A DNA stretch of 64,000 nucleotides from Balanoglossus misakiensis (Eukaryota; Animalia; Hemichordata). The stretch covers positions 7,633,573-7,697,572 of the forward strand of contig CM082594.2 of NCBI GenBank assembly GCA_040954595.2, written 5' to 3'. The position numbers and the translations under genes are program-made. Positions 48,386 through 59,900 of the stretch are shown here, in pieces. The notes under the pieces are model-generated. The model was not told where the DNA came from, searched no databases, and was given only the letters and a program-made list of their open reading frames with translations. Every line of letters starts with the position of its first letter. Within the stretch, counting starts at the first letter, position 1.

Positions 48386-51300
48386 ATTATTCAGAAACAA
48401 TTGTTTTCGATGATACACCCTCTTGCAGTAATCTCCCTGGTGTACAAAACCCCATCTAATTCGGATTAGTCCGAGCTGAGTTTGAGTGTTTTTCTGCATT
48501 GGGACGGAAAGGGGAACCATTGTCAGTAGCAGTGTTGGACTGTAAAAAGCTACTATTCAACTTCCCGTTTTTCATTAAACCTACTTGAATGAAAGATCGC
48601 ACTGAGAAAATGACAGTTTAGAATTCCCTGTTGGAAAGAAACCACAGTTAAAAGGCAAAGAATGTAATTTGCATTCTTGGAGATACCTGCGAAGTATATA
48701 CCGCGTGTGATGGTAATTTGGATGGAAAACAACTGACAATAATGGCACCTGCTGGCAATTTAAGTGTTTTAATGCAACTGTTGAATAAAAGAAATACATT
48801 GTAATTCATGGTAGCACTGTGCTACCCTCGGGTAAGAAGCGGTTTGTACTTTAACTATTGACAGGTAGTTTCTCAGCAACTACAGCGTTGTACTTCAAGG
48901 GACCACGACTCTTCGTGTTAGCAATTTGTAACAATTTGTGAAATTCGTAGCTGAATTCACAGTCTAGGAAGTCAGGCTCCCTTTAATAGGATGGCTTGTA
49001 AATCAGCAACAGTGCTGAATTGTTGGTTTGACAAACAAAATAAAATGTTGAAGAAAGAAAAAGACGGCAGAACAGTCTCACGACATTTCCGCGACACTTG
49101 CCATAAATATTTCAAACTTAATCAGGGAACTGTAAACTTTCTTCCGTTGGGAATTCCTGATGTGTAGTGGCAGCTGGATTCTACTGGTACCGCTATCTGC
49201 CTGTTCAGAGTTTACAACTTTTGTATGGTTTCATTGCATAATGAAATGGCTTGGAGGAAAGTAGCTCCCAGAAATAACAAACAGTCCATAAAACCTGCCA
49301 TGTCCATGGATCAAGAGGTGTATGTAGACCGCATAGAGGGGCCATTGTAACTATTAAAGTGACTTGATTCCGGAAAATTGTGACACAAAGTGACTTAAGC
49401 TGTAGGGTATATGCTCACCCTCGCGGCATATGGTCTTTACCATATCTGTGATATACAAAAAATCAAATGTCAGTTTCAGTAATATACAAGATGTAGTGGC
49501 ATAGTTGATGTAGTTTAATTTTGACTATGAACTCCCTGGCTCATAGTACCTGGATGCAAGGTCATGTGAACGGACACTGTGTCAAAGGTCACAAGCTCAA
49601 TACCATCAATATGAATAAGTACTGACATGCTTAATGTGATGAAAATATCTGAGATCCAGCTTTGTGATGTCAGGGTGTGGGAATGATTCAATGAAAAAAT
49701 TAGAAATTGATCCCCGTGGGGACAGTGATGAGTAATTCTAATTTCCAGATGCGATACAAAATCCTGAAAATAATAAATGATCAATTGCTTTTGCAGCATA
49801 GTCATATTTCAGAAATTATCATATCAAGATTGAGAAAATATATCACCAAAGCTTGATAACACTTGAGTAAGCACTGCCATGTGTATATGTTTGTTCACAA
49901 ATTTTAGTTTTGAAAATTTTCATCATTCTGTTAAAGCCTGCAACCTACATTGTAAATGTAGGTCAGTTTGCACAGGAAATTAGAAATCCCCAAGTGTGAT
50001 TCTATGCAATATTAATGAATTAAGCATACCCACATAGCAGAATTTGAACAAACAATATGGTCAAATTACATTGAAGAATGTGTTTTTATGGGATATGATA
50101 TTATGTCATTTGCATATCAACCTTGCTATCATGATTCTTTTATCGCAAAAGTCATCTGATCCCTGATCTGGAAAGAATTCAGTCAGTCACTGATCTGGAA
50201 AGAGCATCAGTTCTGATGTCATAAGAAATTATCCCTGAAACAGTTTATAATTGACTGAACATGTCTGTCATATTGAGTGATGAAAATTTGGATGTAATGG
50301 ATTGGTCCAGTCCAAATCCATTGTTTTCTATGGTAAATTTGGACCGGGGTGAAATGTACATTGAAATCTTGGAGGAGTGGTACCGTTTCTGGATAAAAGT
50401 TACACAAAGTCTATCGTTTAAGCAATGCATTGCTGTGTACTGTCCTCAGAACTCTTAATAAATTCTCAGTAAATTTTCAAAGCAAGTCGTTCATGTGAAA
50501 AGCAAAACTAATTTTCGAAGATCAAGCCAGTAAATGCCTGTCATTACATTTTGCATATTACAGGGCCCAGACTAATCAACCATGTTATTACCCTGTTGTT
50601 TGCAGTATGTCTGTCGACTGAATGCAATTTCAATCTTACATCATGAAACTAATTCTCAATTGCCTGTTTGGTATTGAGAGCAGGGTCAGTGTGACATGGA
50701 GAGCATGTTTATCCAGAGAGTTCACAGTGGTGTTGTCAGGTCAGGACCTATGAAAAATGAATGAAATCTTTCGTGTGCAATGTATACCACATGTCTGTTC
50801 TCATTCCACAAGACAAGCATGTGGTACTGTTTGGTGACACAGCCAGGGTTCAGAAAATGTCAGTATACTTTAGAAATGACACTTACTCAAGAATCTTCAA
50901 GAGACATTTACACATGGAATCTCGTAACAGCAATACATGTACGACTTTCACCGTGGAAGAATGGAGGGCCGTGTTTGCCGCAGGAATGTCGTAAACTGAG
51001 AGGCACACTCTCGCGCCCTTCACACAAAAGATGGAGTGGTTTGTTCGCTTCTGAATATGAGGCAGAGTCAAAAGAAGAGACCCTTGCACCGACTCGGATA
51101 ACATTTCTAAACAAACAACAACCTGAGAGTTACAACAGGAAGAAACTGATCCTTGACGACCAGTGCAGTGACAATGTAAACCCTTTTGTATGGAAGTTCG
51201 TGCCATGATTTCGCCACGGAAAATTATGCATTTCCTCACTCAAGTTTTCCCCGTCACTGGGTTAATAGTGTTTTAATCGTTTCTCTTAAACTTACATTGG

Positions 51301-54300
51301 GAAGTGGGAAATTTTATACAATTTTGGCTGAGATAAAGCAAATTAGGTATTTGAGGTAAATGATAGGACAGTAATGCGGTTAATGTATTCTTTTGTGTTT
51401 AGGGCAATTAGTCGTGAGAATAAGAGGTCTGTTCGAGTGCATTGTCAGCCCTTTTAACATTTACCACCTGTTTAGTGTTAGCTACTTATCTTACAGTGAA
51501 TTTTCAGTAAATTGTAACGTACCTGAAAGTTTATTACAGACAGTCCAAATTTAATAGTGCACCAAAATTTTAACAAAATACTAATTGGATTGAAGGACAA
51601 GTATCTCTTCATCCCAATGCTAAACTATAAAGCTGATGTGATGATCAGCATCAACGTTTAATATCTGTATGAAAGTTTTATACCCGTAAAGAGAGGGCAT
51701 GTTTGACTGGTCCAGTATCACGTGCAGTCGGGGTCCACTTACAGAACGTCTGACTATCATCTGTCTGGCAGTGACCCAGTCACTGAGGCTTGATTGGACG
51801 GGTAAGATGAGATTCAGGGTCATAACCTTTGCAGGCTGACTGGGTACACAGTCATCTGTGTAGTTGGCAGTCGACGTTTAGCCAATGGATGTACAAGCAG
51901 TTCAGATTTGAGCGTTCCATTTGTTGCTGTGTGATGATTATGACTTAGGTATGTTTATTTATTTTACAGTTTAGATTTTGTTTTCTTAAAGACAGTAGAA
52001 CGATGTATTATGACTTGAAGATTATATCAGCTTGATCATCTTGAAGACAAACATTTTATCCCAGAAAAGTGAAGAAATCTGGCAGTTGTGAAAAAGGCTT
52101 TGGACTGCTCCTAACAAATGACTTGAATTATTCAGCAAATTGAAACAACATGTATCAATAATTCCAAACATCTACTGATTGGCCAACAAGTCGATTAGAC
52201 AAGGAGATCCATGTATTATATTCTCTGGGAACTTGTAATCCGCCCCAAACAACATGACAGATGAAACTGTCATAACCTTTTGATTTTTTAAAACCTTTTT
52301 AACCTTGTTCAGTGTTGTGAGACCAAATAGCCACAGGGCCACCGCCGATACCTCCCAGGATCTTAATAGCCTTGGGCCAAAAGTCACTGACTTCACACAA
52401 TGCATAATGTTTATAAAGACAAATCACTGTGTGTTCGGAGAGTTGGACTCGCATAATTTATGTATGGGTCTGTCTTTTGTCAGTTCTGCAAGTTGACAAA
52501 AGTTTGTCAATGTCAAGTCAATGTTTGTTTATCTCTCTCTCTCTTGCTATTGTCTGTCTCTCATATCAATGGAATAGTATAGTTATCATTCATCAAGACA
52601 CAAAGATACATGTACATATGATGGGTCAACATGGAATGCAAAATACTCCAAAATACAAAAAGCAATCATAAAATGCTTAAGTATGATGTTTATTTTTTTA
52701 TTGAACCATATAGCTTTTTAATTTGTTGTTGTTTCCATTTAAAATGACATTATTTGCCTCATTCACAAGATTCCTATATTTACTCTGTGGACTAAACCAT
52801 CCCTGATGCTTCACAGGGATGTTAGCCTGAGATCCATTGCCCACACAGGAAAGACATCTCAGCTTGTAAGGTTGTGATTTCTGTCATAATACATCCTGCG
52901 GAGGAAACAATTACAGGCTTGTGGATGTTGTGGCCACAGAGTTCGCAGACTGGAGTCTTTCCCACTGCGAGTGTCTGAATCACGCGACCCAGGATGTTTA
53001 TGTTACGACCGCCTTCCCACAGTCTGTGCGTGTGCTCACTGGTACGTACATAGTCTAGCTGTTTCATAAAACCGTATACTGACAATTCACTGGCTTCGGT
53101 TGGTGACTACTAGATGAGTCACACACTCCAAGCTGCCAACTCGGCGTTTTACGGTCGCTTGTTCTCTGTTGTGGAGGTGTGACATTTGAAACTAATGCAC
53201 CGGCAGATGCATTGGTCGTTCTTTGATACTCTTGGCTCCATCGCAGATCACAGGTAATTAGTTTCACCTTACCCAATCAATTCTTTTTCGTCAAGCACAT
53301 GTGAACTTCAGTTGTTGCGTACAATAGGCGAGCGCCAGACATTACCGTTGTTTTTGAAAATCTCTGTGGCTGTTAAGTAGAGTTGCTGTATGGTGTATCC
53401 ATTCAATTGGACCCCCTCAAACTTTCCAAGTAGTCCATCTTTCAGACGCACACTTTCAGTGGTTTCTGATGACAGTTTGGCATAAAAGCAGTCAACCCCC
53501 ACTGCTGTTGACTGCAGACTCTCTGCGTAGATGCAGACGACTTGTGAGAACATGTTTACAGCAGAGGGAAGATGTCACTTATCGTATGAAATCTATTGTT
53601 TATATAAGACTAAAAACAGTGTATTGTCATGGTGTATATCAAGTTGAGAGTGTGCAACATTTTAATGGTGATGATGTGAAACAACAGAATTAAGGTAATT
53701 AATGAAGGGATCACTTAAGATAAGAAAGAATTACATGTAGGAATCTCAGAAAGACCAATTTTTGTTGGATTCTTGTCATTGATTTATGAAGAGGAGGATG
53801 GGTTGGTGAATACTGTCATTTCCTTTGTTAACCACTCAACTAGGTCAATAGCCTGGAGGTTACCTGGAAACATGCATGAGGCCTCTATACAGACATTTCA
53901 GATATAACATTGTGGGTAATGGGAAAAGAAAAGTTGATATCTTAACTGTTAATCATACCAACTGATCACATCATCATGTGTCACTTTTCAATCAAAGCAT
54001 ATCCTTATCTGTAAACAATTAAGTCAATAATCATTAGTCTTCCCATTGTGAATAGATAAAAATAGTTAGCTAAATTTTATTATATTGATATTTTACCAAG
54101 TGTAATATTAATAGGGTCTGTTTTCTTTCAGAGCAAAGAAAATGAATGATAGGTAAATACTAGAGTTCTAACTATTAAGTTAACCAGGCAGTTTTTCAAA
54201 TGCTTCACTTCACTGAGTGGTTCTCTGATTGTAAAGATAACGTTGATATCAGAAGAGACTAAATAGTCCGGATAAATGCTAATGATTTCGTTGATATTCA

Positions 54301-55152
54301 GTGAAGAGTAAAAAACAGTGATAAGCTAAGGTGACCAATAATACATGATGTTTACTTGTTTGTTTACTTCAAGCTTTGGGTTTGATGACATTCTATGCGA
54401 TAGATTGCGGCATCTGTACATAGGTCATCAAACAAATATTTATACAGGATTTGGCATTTGATCCCATCCTGTGAGTCTAATCGATTTAGAAATTTATAGG
54501 TTATTTAATAGGCTATCATTCCATCTCTTATGATATGTTGGTGCATGCATCATGGCACTGAAGTTCTCAAAGAAATTTGGATATGTCCCGTAGTATATTT
54601 GGTAAGGATTATCGTTTTGACTCAAATGTAAACTCACAAGTTTATCTCTAAGTGTATTGTAGTGTTGATACTTGGAAAAGGGGAACTTACAACCCATTGC
54701 AGAAACCCTTCAGAGGTAAATGTTTAATTGAAACTGTGTGCGTTAACCGGAAATGGAATGAGAGCTTTTTGCAAATTCCTAGGCGACCACAGAAACCACA
54801 CAATCAGGTTTGCATTCCCGCCAGTTTGACAGCTGATTGAAACCACGCATGTAACTCCATGGTTTAGAATCTTACCTGGGGTTTCGCTGTGCTCATTGAA
54901 CTTTCAAACTAGAAGGTACATGCAATCACACCACTCACAGAGATCTATGACAAATTGTGCTATCAGAAGAACATGTACCGTACTTGTGAGTTCAACCAGA
55001 ATAGTTATTGTGATTTTCAAGCGAAGGAAAAGTTTATTGCCATTCATACAGTGAACCTGAACGAGAACGGGGGGCAATTAAACAAGGCGGTGATTTTATG
55101 TGCCTTGAGTATTAACAGACCAGGTTGTTTAGTCGTCAAGCGAGGAGGGCTG

Positions 55153-55483
55153 CATATCTTTATTCAGCTCATGAACTAGACTTTCGATAGTTGTTCGCTT
55201 AACTTGCTAATCTAGCAATTGATATCGTGAGTGTGGCTGGCACAAGCCAAAGTACCTTTGATGCAGCCTCACTCAATTTATGTCTGTGCATTTTAAACTT
55301 TTGAGAGGCCATATTCAGCCCATCAAGCCATATCTTTATTCAGTCCATGAACTAGACTTTAGATTGTTGGTCGCTTGCTCTGTTAATATCTTGCTAATCT
55401 AGCAATTGATATCATGAGTGTGCTGCTGACACAAGCCCTTTGATGCATCACTCACCTTATTCCTGCGAGTTTTGAGAGGCCAT
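55153..55483 (+). repeat. Diverged tandem duplication, two units about 176 bp apart
   Basis: CATATCTTTATTCAG..CATGAACTAGACTTT..CTTGCTAATCTAGCAATTGATATC.TGAGTGTG..CACAAGCC..TTTGATGCA..TTTTGAGAGGCCAT occurs at 55153 and 55329. Confidence 0.85.
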
Positions 55484-56384
55484 GTACTTCGAAACATAGA
55501 CTTGCCCTGGTGTCAGGATGCCACACTGATTGAGGCTGGTTGTATGAACGGTAACCCATGGCAACCTAAAGAGTGCTCATTTAGCCCTTGACTCATGATA
55601 AGTTATTATTATAGCAACCTTTAAGAGTTGCGTACTTGACTTAGAAAAACATGCAGACCTCACTGTCTGTGTGTGACTTCAGAGATGAAAGGCACCATTA
55701 GTTGAAGGTCGTTTGTCAAAGCTGAATGGGTGGAGTGTTGATTTGCTATCTCAGATCATTGTAATCTCCGGGAAATTACAGGAAGCACTTAATTCCAAAA
55801 ATAGAAAATCTGTTCAAACTTGAACTTCAAAAGTCGCCTGAATGGATGTTGATGGTGGGAGACGTAAACAAGTCTTTATCAAGGTGAAGGTGGCTTTCAG
55901 AAGCTTTGTTCAGTAATGGAGGCATTTATGCACTCTCACAACTAATGGGACTGTGATTGTACTGGAGGAAGTTTGGAAGACTGTTACCACAGCAACAGAC
56001 TTGTAAATATTCTGAGACGTGCAGGGTCATGACGTTGATGGGATTTCTAGATATCACATGATGCCTGAGTAATGCCGTTTTGTTTTTTTCTCTCTCAGGA
56101 AGTTTGGAAGACACTCACTGCAGGCGAGATTGTTTGGAATTCCTTAAGTAGCAAGTTCAAGTGTACTTAACTGACAGTCTGGTGGGAGTTCTCAGAGAAT
56201 AACAGGTAAGCGGTGGACGGGAAGCGTCTTGAAGCAGTTGTGCCTTCTGGAATCGGAAGATCTGACTCGAATTGTTTTCGTTTCTCGTGATATTCCTGCC
56301 TTGGATTAATTGAGAGAAGTTTCTTTGTGAAGGACGACTGAATTTCTTGTGGTGTGTGTGAACGTTCCTCGCAAAAAGACAACC

Positions 56385-56829
56385 ATGTGTTACGTGATAG
56401 TGACTTGTCGGTCGTTGCTATGGACGCTGTTGAGCATCGCGACCACCTTAGCGATGGCCGCCGCGGTCATCACTCCGCAGTGGCTGATCGGACCGAGACG
56501 GAAAGTCGGACTGGACGGACTGCTGAACAGCATCTCCACGCTGAACTACGACGAAGTCGGGACCGACGAGTACTACACGCCTTCCATTGGCATCTACAAC
56601 AGGTGCACGAAACTTCACGAGTTTGGGAAATATACCGATAACTGTGCGATTTACGCCAGCTCCGTCTCCGAACTTCCGAGTAATTACTGGAAAGCCGGCG
56701 CGGTCTTCCTCGGGATCGGCTTTGTCATGCTGTCTGCCGTAGTCCTCACGTCCATATTCAGTATGTGCATCAGAAGTATATGTAAGAAAAGTATTTTTAC
56801 GTTGTCCGGGCTCATCCAAGCAATTGCAG
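56385..56829 (+). CDS. LHFPL2: LHFPL tetraspan subfamily member 2, first coding exon (partial gene)
   Basis: MCYVIVTCRSLLWTLLSI...PQWLIG...PSIGIYNRC...YWKAGAVFLGIG...SICKKSIFTLSGLIQAIAG is very close to the LHFPL2 N-terminus as I recall it (MCHVIVTCRSMLWTLLSI). Kozak accATG; ends at CAG|GTGAGT (phase 1). The next exon, expected to contain YPxGW, was not seen before 64000. Confidence 0.9.
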
Positions 56830-56869
56830 GTGAGTTATTTTCAAAAGTCATGATTTGTCGGGTGCATCT

Positions 56870-56919
56870 TAGTCTAGAATCCAGACTCTTGTGTTTTACT
56901 TAGTCTGGATTCTTGACTA
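56870..56919. mobile_element. 50-bp hairpin mini-transposon, TAGTCTAGAATCC family, 9-bp TSD
   Basis: TAGTCTAGAATCCAGACT ... AGTCTGGATTCTTGACTA flanked by perfect GGTGCATCT at 56861-56869 and 56920-56928. Confidence 0.82.
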
Positions 56920-59900
56920 GGTGCATCTATAATTGTTGAGAAAGAGAGTGGCTTATTTATTTCTTCCTGAATGATGTTGAAGAGTGTAATCGGACTCAGG
57001 TTTCCTCAGGAAATTACCATCACCTGACAGATGTAGGTCAAAAACATCGTTCATCCCCAGAGTCAGAGAAACGTATTCACAGAGTCAGAGAGACGCATAA
57101 TTCTCAGAGTAGTCTTGTACCATTGCACACATCTCGTATGCCATGAGTAGATTCATCAAGCCAAACAGAGATCTTATTCCCATATCCTGTGTGTTGGTGT
57201 ACCATCACAGCAGACATGTGAATACTGTAACCAGAAGCCAAATCTCAGGCTTTTGCAATTATCGATAAGGCTCACAGCTAATAGGTTACCTAATGGACAG
57301 ATGACATAGATACACTGATTGAGTTGTTTCTGAACCAACTTAAATTGTTTAGAATGGTGCGTCGGTTTCCTTCTTGAAAGAAGAGGGAATGGTTTTTATT
57401 GATGTTTGCCGTTGGCGTATGTAAACTTTTTTTCCTGGGCTCCTGGCATCTGTCTTAAAAGCAGTAAGAAAAACCAATTAACCAAACTTCAATCCAGACT
57501 TATGTAAATACTAGCTTTACTTTCATTTGCAAAATGATGGAGGCTGTAGTGTTTAAGCCTCTGGAGAAATTTTACAGTGTTCCTGTGGGCTGTAGTAATG
57601 TACTTTTGAGTTCCCTGTCCTGAAGATGGAAAAAATGTTTATAAAATGGTATATACCAGAGGTTATTTATCGTGATTCATTCTGCAGTTTGGAGTCATTC
57701 AACTGCAGAAATTCTGTGGAAAGTTCCTCTTTGATGGGTTGAAATAAATGCACCAGAATTGGACGAATCCCATTACTTTTGACTGTGGTCCAGTTGAATG
57801 TTTTATGTCCAGTGATCAAATGCGTGGTCCGTGTACTTGTATGGTGACAAGTGTATCCCCTCTGTTGTCAGACAAATGGCCTTGGTGAGTGTTTTCAACC
57901 GTGATAATGTCTGCTGAATTACAGTCCTGAGTGGTCTCTTAAAGCTACCGTGAGTCGCAAACACCATCAGCATGCAGTGTATCGATCATAGAAAGGTCTT
58001 TGAAGGCGAATTACGGACATTGAAATTTCACAGCTGGGTGACCTGCTCTTTCTTTACACGAAAGTAAAGTTTTCCCGGGCTAGCCAGGCAGGCAGTTCTG
58101 GTGCTAGTGCCCTGTCGTTTGAGGTTTGGAAGGTCACTTTTACTGACCCACTTCTAGTAACATAAATGTGTATCGTAAAGTTTTAATATATTCATTAAAA
58201 ACGTGATTATTGCGGCGCGAACACGGTGATAAAACGCAACAATTTGGATTGCAAACATGGGTTTGAATTCGTTGGAATTTTTATAGCGTCGGTAAATTTA
58301 TGCGAGGGATGTTACAGGATCGCACTCTTCAAACAACTTTCATATGTTGATTTATGAAGATACTACTGACACAGAAAATAACTTGGACAGTTGAATAAGA
58401 AAAACAGTTATGTTTACACATGTATCCCTTTTCTCAGACATTTAACTTTAAAGGTTTAACAAGTGTTGGCGGAGTGGAATTTGCCAAGCCATTCTGAACT
58501 TTTTCATGGGGACGTTATTGATTTTGCCAACCCTTTTACCAGAAAGATGTTAAAGTTAATTAACAATTACATGCTTCACAAACTTTGATTCTGTTAATAC
58601 TTTATGGCCTCCATAAGTCAGCATATTTGGCATTTTTCTGTTGTTGTGTATGATGGTAGCTTTGTGACTTCTGAGATGCTGATTAAATGTTGTGTTAGGT
58701 AGAATCCTACTGGGACAGTCTCAGTTGAGGACCGACCGAGCATGCCAAGATAATTGTCATACACAACCTTTGTGAATAAGCCCTGAACCAAGATGTTTGG
58801 CGATCGTGAATTTATTTTTTATCGCCTGAAAGATCAGATAGCTATTTACATAGTTTGACATCCCTGCATTGGCAGCTGGATCACTGCCAGGGAAAGTGAT
58901 TTATATTCTGCATTAAACGGTGTTTGCCTTTTCTCAAAGGAAATGTAAGTTTTCTTTTTATTCAGCCTTTCTTTCCCAAAATGCAATCTCAGGGTACGTT
59001 TGAGTTCAGATCAGGTTATGGGAAAGTAAAATAAGACATACCTGCAGGCGACTTCAGGTTAAATTCCAGACGAGTCCTCCCCAGGCAAAACATGTACGGG
59101 TCCACAACCATGCTTTAATAATAGTTAACAAGAAACTGCTTGCAGAGTCTCGGTGCTCTGTACTCATGCATGAGGCTGTGATAAAGTACATGCATCATTC
59201 AGGAGAGACAAAACATACCATTTTGTCTTACTGGAAGATATCTCCTGTCACTAGGTTCAGTCTTGTAAGCATATACAAGGTCAAAAGTGATAGGTGGGGC
59301 ATTCGTTGAAGTATTTGAACTGATAGAAATATTATTTCTGCTTGACATAATTCACAGTTCTCAGGCCTTTCCCGTATATGATTTATATTATGTATAAAAA
59401 TTCAGTTTTTTAACCTGATTATATTACCCCCGATAGCTAACGTTTGAGTCAAAAAATAATGAAAAACGTGGAAATTTACCGTTTTGCATATTAAAAATGT
59501 GACTTCACCCTGAAGTTTGGCCACATCATTGGCTTTGAAATAAACATCAGCTTTAAATTCGTGACTGGCATTGTAGAAATTAATCATTGTCGTGAACAGA
59601 AAGTGTGATGTTTTAGTTATTGAAAAAGCAAATCATAATAGCCAAGGGCAGACATGTACAATTAGATTTTACTCTGGTAATTAGCAATGATAAATTGCAT
59701 TATGGACAAGTCATTTCAGTATTTCTCTCAAATGTGGGAAATAGGGTTGGCACAGAAATATTAAAAAGACTGACATTATGAAAAAAATGCAAGGTAACTC
59801 TGGAGTTGTCATGTTATGAATGACTTCATGTAATTGATGAAATTACCTCACTGGTATAATTTTGAGGATTTCCCATGAGGCATAGCAAGAATGACAGCTT

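Noticed and set aside
50761-51264. Overlapping 70-140 aa ORFs and a GGGTTAA end suggestive of a transposon remnant
   Set aside because: No recognisable protein motif and no matching left TIR found by eye; a translated repeat-database search would be needed.
57056-57110. Short direct repeats (CAGAGTCAGAGA x2; also CTGATCTGGAAAGA x2 near 50163-50203) considered as CRISPR-like
   Set aside because: Only two copies, no spacer array, eukaryotic context; ordinary slippage duplications.
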